From Candidatus Methylomirabilota bacterium (GTDB taxonomy: Bacteria; Methylomirabilota; Methylomirabilia; Rokubacteriales; CSP1-6), in NCBI GenBank assembly GCA_046726415.1, contig JBKPAK010000153.1, positions 1 to 27,378 on the forward strand: a DNA stretch of 27,378 bases, written 5' to 3'. Below the pieces are notes generated by a model that was not told the DNA's origin, made no database searches, and saw only the letters and a program-made list of their open reading frames with translations. Positions 15,768 to 24,744 of this stretch are shown here, in pieces. The translations under genes were made by a program, and so were the position numbers. Numbering within the stretch: the first letter of the stretch is position 1; each line of letters starts with the position of its first letter.

Positions 15768-15838
15768 GCTCACCGCCTTGCAGAAAGGATCACGGGTCGG
15801 GCGTGACGGTGCGATCGACCACGCTCATCCCCCTTCGG

Positions 15839-15873
15839 CGCGCGGGGCGAGTCAGGCGCACCCGCCCCGCGCG
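15839..15873. terminator. GC-rich hairpin downstream of the DUF6295-like gene
   Basis: Perfect 11-bp stem CGCGCGGGGCG/CGCCCCGCGCG with a 13-nt loop. There is no U-tract, so a terminator role is uncertain. Confidence 0.4.
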
Positions 15874-15888
15874 GCTCCGATGACGCCG

Positions 15889-16200
15889 TTACCCTTCTGA
15901 GGAAGGGGCAGCGGGCGCTGCTGCCACCGGTCGGTCCTCCAGCACGCCGCGCTGGTCGGCCTGGGCCAGCACGGCCTCGATGGTCTTCACGAGCTGTCGT
16001 GCCGCGTCCACGCTGAGCTCCACGGCCACGCGGGCGCCCGGACCGAGAGCCTCGTTGACGAAGTCGATGTTGAGCGCGTGCTCGAGCGGCAGATCGTACG
16101 GATGGTCGTAGGAGACGTTGGCTTCGCGGACCTCGAACCACTCCGGGCCACTCCTTCCGCGGCCTTCGAGTTTCACCTGGTGGGCGATCATCGTGCACAT
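15889..16200 (-). CDS. Small conserved protein, DUF6295-like
   Basis: 'MCTMI', 'WF....VSYDHP...PLEHALNIDF' and 'GPGARVAVELS', recognised from memory. AGGAG RBS. Confidence 0.75.
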   Translation of the reverse strand: MCTMIAHQVKLEGRGRSGPEWFEVREANVSYDHPYDLPLEHALNIDFVNEALGPGARVAVELSVDAARQLVKTIEAVLAQADQRGVLEDRPVAAAPAAPSSEG

Positions 16201-16221
16201 GGCTGGGCTCCTCGTGTCCGG

Positions 16222-16977
16222 TTAGCGCAGGGTTTTCTCGCAGAACGCGAAAACCTTCTTCCAGCCGTCCACGGCTTGCTCCTGACGGTACGCCGGGCGG
16301 TCATAGTAGAAGAAGCCGTGGCCCGCGCCGTCGTAGCGGTGGAATTCGTACTGCTTGCCGTGCTTCTTGAGCTCCGCCTCGTGCGCGTCGACCTGTTCCG
16401 GGGTGGGCGCCTTGTCCTCGTTGCCGAAGAGTCCGAGGATGGGGCACGAGAGATCCTTGGTGTAGTCGATGGGCGCCACCGGCTGGTTGGGGGTCAGCTC
16501 GTCCTTGGACTGGACCACTCGACCGCCCCAGCAGTCGATCACGGCGTCGAGGCCCTTCAGGCGGCAGCCGGCGAGAAACGCCTGCCGACCTCCCGAGCAC
16601 GTGCCGAAGATGCCGACCTTGCGGCTCACGTAGGGCAGTGAGCGAAGGTAGGCGTTGGCGCCGTCGAGATCGCCGAGCACGCGAGCGTCCGGGGCGCCTC
16701 CCGCCGCGCGCACCTTGGCCCCGACGTCCTCGGGCGTTCCGTGGCCGTCGCGGAAGTACAGGTTCGGGGAGATTGACACATAGCCGTGGTGGGCGAAGCG
16801 GCGCGTGCACTCGCGGTACCACTCGTCCCAACCCGGCGCGTGGTGGATGACGATCATGCCGGGAAACGGCCCGGCGCCGAGTGGTCGCGCCACGTACGCG
16901 TTGATGACGTCCCCGTTGTGCCCCTTGATGGTCCCCGTTTCGGCGATCATGCCTTCGTACTGATCGGTCTGGTACAT
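16222..16977 (-). CDS. Dienelactone hydrolase family protein
   Basis: Cys nucleophile elbow 'GTCSGG', 'GNEDKAP' and 'YDGAGHGF'. Start is ATG 16977, with GGAGG upstream. Confidence 0.9.
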   Translation of the reverse strand: MYQTDQYEGMIAETGTIKGHNGDVINAYVARPLGAGPFPGMIVIHHAPGWDEWYRECTRRFAHHGYVSISPNLYFRDGHGTPEDVGAKVRAAGGAPDARVLGDLDGANAYLRSLPYVSRKVGIFGTCSGGRQAFLAGCRLKGLDAVIDCWGGRVVQSKDELTPNQPVAPIDYTKDLSCPILGLFGNEDKAPTPEQVDAHEAELKKHGKQYEFHRYDGAGHGFFYYDRPAYRQEQAVDGWKKVFAFCEKTLR

Positions 16978-17035
16978 GTGCGCCTTCCCTCCGTGTGGTG
17001 AGATTTCGAAATCGCCTCCCCCGCTGCCCCGAGCA

Positions 17036-17064
17036 ATGCTGCCCCGCCGCGGGCTCGTGGTCAA
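17036..17064 (-). promoter_or_regulatory. Possible sigma70 promoter of the DLH-DUF6295 operon
   Basis: Minus strand reads TTGACC-N17-CAGCAT. Confidence 0.4.
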
Positions 17065-17129
17065 GGCGCCTCTGTCGCTCACGAACAAGGCCGAGGATGT
17101 GGTAGGGATCTCTTGGGAGGCGTCGAACC

Positions 17130-18320
17130 ATGCGGGACACGACACACTGGGTCGGCACCTGGACGGCGGCCCCTGCGCCCGCCGAAGGCGCCGCCTTCAG
17201 CGGCCATACCTTGCGGATGATCCCGCGGGTCAGCATCGGCGGCAACCGGCTGCGCGTGCGCATCTCGAATGCTCATGGCACGCGCCCGCTGGCGATCGGC
17301 GCGGCTTGCGTGGGCGTGCGCAGCACCGGTTCGGCCGTTGTGCCGGGCTCGAACCGACGGCTCACGTTCGGCGGCGAAACCGCCGCAACGATCGCCGCCG
17401 GTGCGCTCATCGTCAGCGATCCCGTCGAGTTGGGGGTCGCGCCGCTGTCGGACCTTGCCGTCAGCGTGCACCTGCCGGACGACCTGCCCGCGAGCTTCGG
17501 GATCACCGGGCGCTATGCGCGGCAGACCAACTATATATCGCCGCCGGGAGATTTTTCGGCCGACGAGCTCATGCCGGTCGGCCGCCTCACCGACAACTGG
17601 TACTTTGTCTGCGGCATCGATGTCGCCGCGCCGCCAGAGACGGGCGCCATCGTGGCGGTGGGCGACTCGCTCACCGACGCCAATATCTCGACCCATGACG
17701 GCCATCACAGCTGGTCCTCGCAGCTCGCGCGGCGGCTCATGGCGCGGCAGCGCGGGCGGCCGATGGCGGTGATGAACCAGGGGCTCGGCGGAAACCGCAT
17801 TCTGCACGACATCCGCGGCGATAGCGGCCTGCGCCGCTTCGACCGCGACGTGCTGGCCCAGCCCGGCGTCACTCATACGGTCATCATGCTGGGCACCAAC
17901 GATCTGCGGAACCGCAACGGCAGGCCCGAGGAAGAGGTCACCGCGCCGCAGATGATCGCCGGGCTGAAGCAATTCGCCGTGCGCGGCGGGGCCTGCGGGA
18001 TCAAGGTCCTCGGCGGCACCTTGACCCCGTTCGAGAATGAGACCTTCCTCCCCGGCGCCTGGAACCCCAAGCGCGAGGCGGAACGTCAGGCGGTCAACGC
18101 GTGGCTGCGCCAGACCGACGCCTTCGACGCGATCGTCGATTTCGACCAGGCCTTGCGCGATCCCGACCATCCGAGCCGGATGCGGCCGATGTACGATTGT
18201 GGCGATCATCTTCACCCGAGCGACTTAGGCTACCGCGCGATGGGAGACGCGATCGATCTGTCGCTGTTCGACTGGGGTTCGACTGGGGTTCGAGGGAGGA
18301 GTCCCGATCATGACCAATGA
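17130..18320 (+). CDS. SGNH/GDSL hydrolase with N-terminal beta domain
   Basis: Blocks 'GDSLT', 'NQGLGGN', 'GTND' and 'DHLHP', plus N-terminal 'HWVGTW'. Confidence 0.92.
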   Translation: MRDTTHWVGTWTAAPAPAEGAAFSGHTLRMIPRVSIGGNRLRVRISNAHGTRPLAIGAACVGVRSTGSAVVPGSNRRLTFGGETAATIAAGALIVSDPVELGVAPLSDLAVSVHLPDDLPASFGITGRYARQTNYISPPGDFSADELMPVGRLTDNWYFVCGIDVAAPPETGAIVAVGDSLTDANISTHDGHHSWSSQLARRLMARQRGRPMAVMNQGLGGNRILHDIRGDSGLRRFDRDVLAQPGVTHTVIMLGTNDLRNRNGRPEEEVTAPQMIAGLKQFAVRGGACGIKVLGGTLTPFENETFLPGAWNPKREAERQAVNAWLRQTDAFDAIVDFDQALRDPDHPSRMRPMYDCGDHLHPSDLGYRAMGDAIDLSLFDWGSTGVRGRSPDHDQ

Positions 18321-19722
18321 CGCTCTGCGTACGATCTTGCGGGTGGCCGGCTGGGCCGAAGAGCGCGTCCGCGCCGTCGAGATCGCCGGCGGCGCCGATC
18401 CGATTTTGCCTACGCCGTTCCGGATCGGCGAGACCAGTGCCGCCGCGCTGGCGGCGGTCGGCCTCGCCGTTTCCGAGCTGTGGGCGCTGCGCACCGGGCG
18501 TCGCCAGGAGGTCGCGGTGGATACCCGCCAGGCGACCGCCTCGCTCCGCAGCGGGCACTACATGCAGATGGACGGGGCGCCCGTCTCGACCGAGCGCAAC
18601 ACGGTGATGGGCGTCTATCCGGCCAAGAACGGCGGCTGGAGCTACCTGCACTGCAATTTCCCGAACCATCGGGCCGCCGCCCTCGGCGTGCTCGGCGTGC
18701 CGGAAGATCGCGAGGCCGTGCGCAACGCGGTGGCGAAGTGGGACGCCCTCGAGCTCGAGGAGGCGATCATCGCCGCCAAGGGTGCGGGGGGCATGGTGCG
18801 CACCATGGACGAATGGGCCCAGCACCCGCAGGCCGCCGCGATCGCCTCGCTGCCGCTGATGGAGATCGTCAAGATCGGGAGCAGCCCGCCGGAAAAACTC
18901 CCCGACGGCGATCGGCCGCTGTCGGGCATCCGCGTGCTCGACCTCACGCGCGTCCTCGCCGGGCCCACCTGTGCCCGCACCCTGGCCGAGCACGGCGCCG
19001 ACGTCTTGAAGATCACCGGGGCGCATCTGCCGAATATCGGGTACCAGGAGTACGACACCGGCCACGGCAAGCTCTCCGCCCACCTCGATCTGCGCGAGCC
19101 GAAGGACGTCGACACCCTGCGCGGACTGGTCCGCGAGGCCGATGTGTTCTCGCAGGGCTACCGGCCGGGCACCCTCGGCACTCGCGGGTTCTCGCCCGAG
19201 GCGCTGGCGCAGCTGCGGCCCGGCATCGTCTTCGTCTCGCTGTGCGCCTTCGGCCACGTCGGGCCGTGGGCGTCCCGCCGTGGCTTCGACACGGTGGTGC
19301 AAACGGTCAGCGGCATCACCAGCCGCCAGGGTGAGCTGTTCCCCGGCGCGGCGCCCGGCCCGCAGTTCTATCCCGTGTCGGCGATCGACTATCTGACCGG
19401 CTATCTGATGGCGTTCGGCGCGCTGGTGGCCCTCGCGCGCCGCGCGAACGAGGGAGGTAGCTGGCTCGTGCGGATCTCGCTGGCCCAGACCGGGCGCTGG
19501 CTCGTCGGACGCGGTCAGGTTCCGGAGGCCGAGCTCACCGATGTGCCGAAGGAATTCACCTCCGACGAGCTGAAGCGCTGGTCGATGACGAGCGACACGC
19601 CGGTCGGTCGGCTGCACCATCTCGGCCCGGTGGTGCGCCTGTCCGAAACGCCGCCGCGCTGGGCCCGGCCCTCGGTGCCGCTCGGCTACCACGCCCCGGC
19701 GTGGCCGGCGCGAGCCACGTAG
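18310..19722 (+). CDS. CoA-transferase family III (CaiB/BaiF), long two-part type
   Basis: 'PLSGIRVLDLTRVLAGP', 'ADVFSQGYRPG' and 'RRGFD', preceded by an N-terminal degenerate CaiB-like region. Confidence 0.9.
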   Translation: MTNDALRTILRVAGWAEERVRAVEIAGGADPILPTPFRIGETSAAALAAVGLAVSELWALRTGRRQEVAVDTRQATASLRSGHYMQMDGAPVSTERNTVMGVYPAKNGGWSYLHCNFPNHRAAALGVLGVPEDREAVRNAVAKWDALELEEAIIAAKGAGGMVRTMDEWAQHPQAAAIASLPLMEIVKIGSSPPEKLPDGDRPLSGIRVLDLTRVLAGPTCARTLAEHGADVLKITGAHLPNIGYQEYDTGHGKLSAHLDLREPKDVDTLRGLVREADVFSQGYRPGTLGTRGFSPEALAQLRPGIVFVSLCAFGHVGPWASRRGFDTVVQTVSGITSRQGELFPGAAPGPQFYPVSAIDYLTGYLMAFGALVALARRANEGGSWLVRISLAQTGRWLVGRGQVPEAELTDVPKEFTSDELKRWSMTSDTPVGRLHHLGPVVRLSETPPRWARPSVPLGYHAPAWPARAT

Positions 19723-19740
19723 CCACGCCTGGCCATTCTC

Positions 19741-20280
19741 TTGCGACCCGCCACACCTCTCCTGGGGACGATCCTGCTGCTCGCCGCCTGCGGGGCTTTC
19801 GATCACACCCCGCGGCAAAGCACCGCGCCCAGCCTCGGCGGCACCTCCTGGCGACTCGTCAAGTTCCAGGGAAGTGACGACACCACGCTGAGCCCGGACG
19901 ACCCGGCGAAGTACACCATCGCGTTCAACTCCGATGGCAGCCTGACCGCACGCATCGACTGCAACCGGGGCCGTGGCACGTGGCAGTCGCCCGGACCGAA
20001 TCAGCTGCAGCTTGGGCCGCTCGCGCTCACGCGAGCCATGTGCCCGCCCGGCTCGCTGCACGATCGTATCGTCAAGCACTGGAGCTTCGTCCGGTCGTAC
20101 GTGATCAAGGATGGCCACCTCTTCCTGTCACTGATGGCGGATGGCGGCATCTACGAGTTCGCACCCATCACCGACGGTGCCGCAATTCCATCCGGTGTCG
20201 GCCAACGACTATCGAAGTGGATCGAAGGAACGCTATCATTGCCGGGCTGCCGAGGATGCGTGGCCGGAGGACGCTCATGA
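19741..20280 (+). CDS. META domain (HslJ-like) lipoprotein
   Basis: Lipobox 'LLLAAC', 'LGGTSWRLV', 'DCNRG' and 'LALTRAMCP'. The TTG start and C-terminal tail are uncertain. Confidence 0.75.
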   Translation: MRPATPLLGTILLLAACGAFDHTPRQSTAPSLGGTSWRLVKFQGSDDTTLSPDDPAKYTIAFNSDGSLTARIDCNRGRGTWQSPGPNQLQLGPLALTRAMCPPGSLHDRIVKHWSFVRSYVIKDGHLFLSLMADGGIYEFAPITDGAAIPSGVGQRLSKWIEGTLSLPGCRGCVAGGRS

Positions 20281-21671
20281 ACAAGATCGTTGCATCGCCC
20301 GAGCAGGCGGTGGCGGACATCGCCGACGGAGCGACGGTCGCCATCGCCGGGTTCGGGGTCGCGCACCGCTTTGCCACGAGCCTGATCTGCGCCCTGCGCG
20401 ATCAGCGCACGAAGGAGCTCACCCTCGTCTGCAACTCCCTGGGTGATCCCGGAGCGACCCGCGGCCAGATCCTCGCGGAGAACAACCAGGTGAAGAAGCT
20501 GATCGCGGCGTTCTCCGTGCGGCCGGGCACGCCAACGGCAAGCGAGGAGCAGATCGCCGCCGGCACGATGGAGGTGGAGCTGGTCCCCCAGGGAATCCTG
20601 GTCGAACGCTGCCGCGCGGGCGGCGCCGGGATCCCGGCGTTCTACTCACCGACCGGCGTCGACACCGACCTCGCGACGGGCCGCGAGATCCGAACCTTCG
20701 ACGGCAAGCCCCACGTCCTCGAGCATGCGATACGCGTGGACTACGCCTTGCTACGGGGGTATCGCGCGGACCGCCTCGGTAACGTCCAGTTTCGCGGCGG
20801 CAGCCAGAATTTCAATCCCAGCTTCGCCAAGGCCGCGCGGGTCGCGATCGTCGAGGTGGACGAGATCGTGGAGCCCGGCGCGATCGCCCCCGAGCTGATC
20901 GATCTGCCCGGGATCTTCGTGTCGCGCGTCGTCAAGACGACGCAGGTCGTCGACGGCAAGGCGTGGCGCCGGCCCGCACGACGGCCCTCGGATCAGCCGC
21001 GCCTCTACAACGGCAAACCGGCCCTGACGCGCGAGGGCATCGCGAAGAACGCGGCCGTGCTCGTCAAGGAAGGCACCTACGTGAATCTCGGCGTCGGCAT
21101 CCCCACGATGGTGTCGAACTATCTCGAGGGCCGCGACGTGATCCTCCACGCCGAGAACGGCGTCCTCGGCTACGGCCGGATGGTGTCGGAGGAAAGCGAA
21201 ATCGATCCGGACATCTACAACGCCGCGGGCCAGTTCGTGGCGCTGAATCCCGGCGCGTCCTTCTTCGACAGCGTCACGTCCTTCGAGATGGCGCGCGGAG
21301 GCCGGATCGATACGGTGATCCTCGGCGCCTACGAGGTCGATCAGCGCGGCAACGTCGCCAACTGGAGCACGGCCGACGCCAAGCGCGGCAGGATCGGCGG
21401 CGCGATGGACCTCGTGTCCGGCCAGGGCGACCTAATCATCGTGATGGAGCACGTGGACAGCAAGGGCCGCCCGAAGCTGCGGCGGAAGTGCAGCTATCCC
21501 CTGACCGGCAAAGAATGCGTCAGCTACGTGGTGACCGACCTGGCGCTGCTGCGCTGGGAGGCGAACCGCTTCGTCCTCGAGAAAGTAGCGCCGGGGTTCA
21601 CACCTCAGGAAGTGATGGCACTGACGGAGATGGAGGTCGCGGTCGCGCCGAACGTTCGCATGCTGGAATAG
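20277..21671 (+). CDS. Fused alpha/beta family I CoA-transferase (3-oxoacid CoA-transferase-like)
   Basis: Alpha half 'PQGILVERCRAGGAGIPAFY'. Beta half 'VNLGVGIP', catalytic 'AENG' and 'GGAMDL'. GGAGG RBS before ATG 20277. Confidence 0.92.
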   Translation: MNKIVASPEQAVADIADGATVAIAGFGVAHRFATSLICALRDQRTKELTLVCNSLGDPGATRGQILAENNQVKKLIAAFSVRPGTPTASEEQIAAGTMEVELVPQGILVERCRAGGAGIPAFYSPTGVDTDLATGREIRTFDGKPHVLEHAIRVDYALLRGYRADRLGNVQFRGGSQNFNPSFAKAARVAIVEVDEIVEPGAIAPELIDLPGIFVSRVVKTTQVVDGKAWRRPARRPSDQPRLYNGKPALTREGIAKNAAVLVKEGTYVNLGVGIPTMVSNYLEGRDVILHAENGVLGYGRMVSEESEIDPDIYNAAGQFVALNPGASFFDSVTSFEMARGGRIDTVILGAYEVDQRGNVANWSTADAKRGRIGGAMDLVSGQGDLIIVMEHVDSKGRPKLRRKCSYPLTGKECVSYVVTDLALLRWEANRFVLEKVAPGFTPQEVMALTEMEVAVAPNVRMLE

Positions 21672-21700
21672 CGGCGGCGCCGCGGCTCAGGAGGCACGCG

Positions 21701-22915
21701 ATGGCGAATGGCAAAGGGCCGTTGAGCGGTATCCGAGTGATCGATCTGGGCCGCCATCAGGCCGGGCCCCGTTGCGCCCAGGTGCTGGCCCGCCTGGGGG
21801 CGGAGGTCATCAAGATCGAGCGCCTCGGTGGCGAGGAAACCCGGTACCACGCGCCCTGGGTCCGCAAGCAGAGCGCGTACTGGGTCCAGTACAACAGCGG
21901 CAAGAAGAGCCTGAGCATGGACCTGCGCAAGGAGGAAGCCAAGGCGGCCCTGCGCAAGCTGATCGGGATTTCCGACGTGCTCGTGCAGAACTTCCGCCCG
22001 GGGACCATCGAGGAGATGGGCTTCGGGTACGACGTGCTGAAGACCCTGAACCCCCGCATCATCATGGTCAACGTCTCGGCCTATGGGCAGTTTGGCCCGT
22101 ATCGCGACCAGATCGGCTACGACCCCATCGGCCAGACCATGTCCGGAATCGCCATGGTGACCGGCGAAGACGGCATGGCGCCGATTCGCGCCGGGGTCCC
22201 CATCATCGACCGCACCACCGCCTTGCACTCCGCCATCGGCACCCTGGCCGCCCTCCACGAGCGAAGCATCTCCGGGGAGGGACAGAGCATCGACGTCTGC
22301 CTGGCGGATTCCGGCTACAGCCTGACCGAGATCCCCATCACGGCTTACCACGGGGCGGGCACCGAGCCCCAGCGGGGCAAGACCGATTCGGCCCCCAGTG
22401 GCATGTACCCCTGCAAGGACGGCTGGGTCTTGATTTCTGCCGGAGACCAGCACCACTGGCCTCGGGTGTGCGGCGCCCTGGGCAAACCGCAGTGGCGGGA
22501 AGACCCCCGCTTCACCACCCGCCATGAACGCACCAAGCACGCGGCGGCCGTGAACGAGGCGATGCGTGATCTGCTGGCCGACATGACGATGAAAGACGCC
22601 ATCGCCCACTTCACGCGCCACGACGTGGTCGCGGCGCCGGTGAATACCATCCCCCAGGCGGCCCAGGACGCTCATCCCTGGCAGCGGCGGGCAATGGTCG
22701 AGGTTCCCGACTTCCTCGCCGGGACGATCGCCGTCTCCGGTGACTTCTGGCACTTCAGCCGCACGCCGGCCGTCGTCGGCTCTACCCCCAAGGTGGGCGA
22801 GCACAACGAGGAGGTCCTGGCCGGCCTCCTCGGATACTCCGAGGAAGAGATCGCGAAGCTATATGCCAGCGACGTGATCGGGAACTGGGACCATTACGAC
22901 ACGGTTCCCGGCTAG
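21701..22915 (+). CDS. CoA-transferase family III (CaiB/BaiF, formyl-CoA transferase-like)
   Basis: 'GPLSGIRVIDL', 'GAEVIKIE', 'DVLVQNFRPG', 'GYD' and 'PIID'. AGGAGG RBS before ATG 21701. Confidence 0.92.
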   Translation: MANGKGPLSGIRVIDLGRHQAGPRCAQVLARLGAEVIKIERLGGEETRYHAPWVRKQSAYWVQYNSGKKSLSMDLRKEEAKAALRKLIGISDVLVQNFRPGTIEEMGFGYDVLKTLNPRIIMVNVSAYGQFGPYRDQIGYDPIGQTMSGIAMVTGEDGMAPIRAGVPIIDRTTALHSAIGTLAALHERSISGEGQSIDVCLADSGYSLTEIPITAYHGAGTEPQRGKTDSAPSGMYPCKDGWVLISAGDQHHWPRVCGALGKPQWREDPRFTTRHERTKHAAAVNEAMRDLLADMTMKDAIAHFTRHDVVAAPVNTIPQAAQDAHPWQRRAMVEVPDFLAGTIAVSGDFWHFSRTPAVVGSTPKVGEHNEEVLAGLLGYSEEEIAKLYASDVIGNWDHYDTVPG

Positions 22916-24630
22916 TCCCGGCAGGGCCTCTCCTGTTTACACGCCTTGATTCGCCAGGTGTGGCCGATGTCGCCTCCATCCCAACCAGGGAAAGGCCACT
23001 CCGCGACGATCTTGGGGTCGACGATGACCTCGATGAAGACGTCGAACAGGGGGATGGTCTCGAAGTTTTCGAACTTGTAGTTGCCGATCTTGCGCAGCTG
23101 GGCGTCTCGGGCCTTCGCATCGGTGATCTGCAGCAGATCCTCCCACATCTTGTACAGTTCATCGGTCTCAAACATATGCGCGATGCCCTTGCCGACGTTG
23201 AAGACCGCGAGCTGCGGCTCGACCGCCTTTTTTGAGGGCGGGATCGCCCAGAGGTACCCACTGGCTTCCCGCTTTTGCAGCTTGGGCCGCACGGCCGCCA
23301 CCCAGTCGGCCTCTTCCAAGGCTATGTCGATGCCCACCTCGCGCAACTGAATGCTCACGGCTTCCATCAGCGCGGCCATTTCCGGGGCGCCGGCAAAGGG
23401 ATATAACCAGGCCTTGGCTTTGAAGCCCTTGGGGTACCCGGCCTCGGCGAGCAATCGTTTGGCCGCCGCCGGGTCATAACCATAGAGCTCCGGGAACCGC
23501 TTCTCCCAGGTGGGGTCCCAGCCTTCCAGGTCCGGGTAAAAGCCATGCACGTACATCGGGCTGGCCCGGCCTTTGTAGAGCACCTTGAGCAATTCTTTGC
23601 GGTTGATCGCTTTGTTCATGGCCTGCCGCACTTTGATGTTCGTCCAGGGAAGCTTCGGGTCCAATTTGCCCGTGATGCCCCCGTACTCGGTGTAGCGCCC
23701 GGTGGCCTTATCCTCGGTGCCGAGGTAGAGCCCACCGAAATTGATTTGCATCTGCTGGGCGGTGCCGCGGCTCCGGATGAGCTTATAGCCTCTCGCCACC
23801 AGGTCGTCGGTGAGGTCCTTGTTGACTTCGGTGAGATGGGTTTCGCCCGCTAACAGCTGGGCAAAGCGCGTTGGTTCTTCGAGGGTCCACGTCATCTTGA
23901 TCTCTTTCCAGTCCACCACGCCATGTTTCCAGTGGGGGGTGGGCGCCCGCTCGTACAGGACATACCGCCCGAGCTGTCGCTCTTTGAAGATATACGGCCC
24001 CGTCCCCGCCGGCTTGCGTTCGTACCCCATCTCCCCTTCGGCATCCCACTGCTTCTTGCTGAAGATCATGGCATTCGAGGCGCTCGAGTAGTAAAACGGC
24101 ATGTCCAGACACACGACCTTGCAGTGCATGGTGATCTCGTGAGCTTTGACCACCTCAATGCGCTGGACTTGGCAAATCCCGGCGCGGTAGCCGCTGACCG
24201 GTGGGTCTTTGCGGCCCGGGTAGTTCGGGTCACACCAGAGGGCATGGGTATGGACCACATCCTGGGCCGTGAACTCGCCGTACCCGTGATGGAATTGCAC
24301 TCCCGGATGGAGCTTCACCCTCCAGGACCTCCCATTGGGGCCCAGGGTCCAGCTATCGGCCAACCACGGTTTGTACTGACCCGTCTCCGTGTCGATCTCC
24401 ACGAGCCACTCGAGCATGGGATCGTGTTGAATATTGTGGTCGGCCGTCCCGTTGATCCAGGGGCGCACATAATCCAGGTACGGTGTGATGAGCCCCATCA
24501 CCAGGCGGTCTACCTTGGGCTTTCCCGGCGCGGGACTTTGCGCCCCCGCCGGGGCGGCCGCCAGGAGCAGGACGGGCAGCAGCAGAACGTAGCGGAGCGC
24601 GGCGACTGTCCGATGACGTTCACGATCCAT
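22912..24630 (-). CDS. ABC transporter substrate-binding protein, family 5 (peptide/nickel-like)
   Basis: Signal peptide. 'PWLADSW', 'GVQFHHGYGEFTAQDV', 'AGTGPY', 'KVRQAMNKAINR' and 'YDPAAAKRLLAEAGY'. Confidence 0.9.
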   Translation of the reverse strand: MDRERHRTVAALRYVLLLPVLLLAAAPAGAQSPAPGKPKVDRLVMGLITPYLDYVRPWINGTADHNIQHDPMLEWLVEIDTETGQYKPWLADSWTLGPNGRSWRVKLHPGVQFHHGYGEFTAQDVVHTHALWCDPNYPGRKDPPVSGYRAGICQVQRIEVVKAHEITMHCKVVCLDMPFYYSSASNAMIFSKKQWDAEGEMGYERKPAGTGPYIFKERQLGRYVLYERAPTPHWKHGVVDWKEIKMTWTLEEPTRFAQLLAGETHLTEVNKDLTDDLVARGYKLIRSRGTAQQMQINFGGLYLGTEDKATGRYTEYGGITGKLDPKLPWTNIKVRQAMNKAINRKELLKVLYKGRASPMYVHGFYPDLEGWDPTWEKRFPELYGYDPAAAKRLLAEAGYPKGFKAKAWLYPFAGAPEMAALMEAVSIQLREVGIDIALEEADWVAAVRPKLQKREASGYLWAIPPSKKAVEPQLAVFNVGKGIAHMFETDELYKMWEDLLQITDAKARDAQLRKIGNYKFENFETIPLFDVFIEVIVDPKIVAEWPFPGWDGGDIGHTWRIKACKQERPCRD

Positions 24631-24682
24631 GGCTCGACCCCCGTGTTCCCTGGGTTGAAGCTCCTCGACGCTGGCTGGCGAA

Positions 24683-24711
24683 ACGCTGGGACAGATACGT
24701 CCCAATGTCAA
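24683..24711 (-). promoter_or_regulatory. Promoter with internal palindromic operator for the family-5 SBP gene
   Basis: Perfect -35 TTGACA (24711-24706) and a weak -10 CAGCGT at 17 nt. TGGGAC-N6-GTCCCA (24687-24704) lies in the spacer. Confidence 0.55.
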
Positions 24712-24744
24712 GAATTTTCGCCGTCCCGAGCATCCCCGGGCTGT

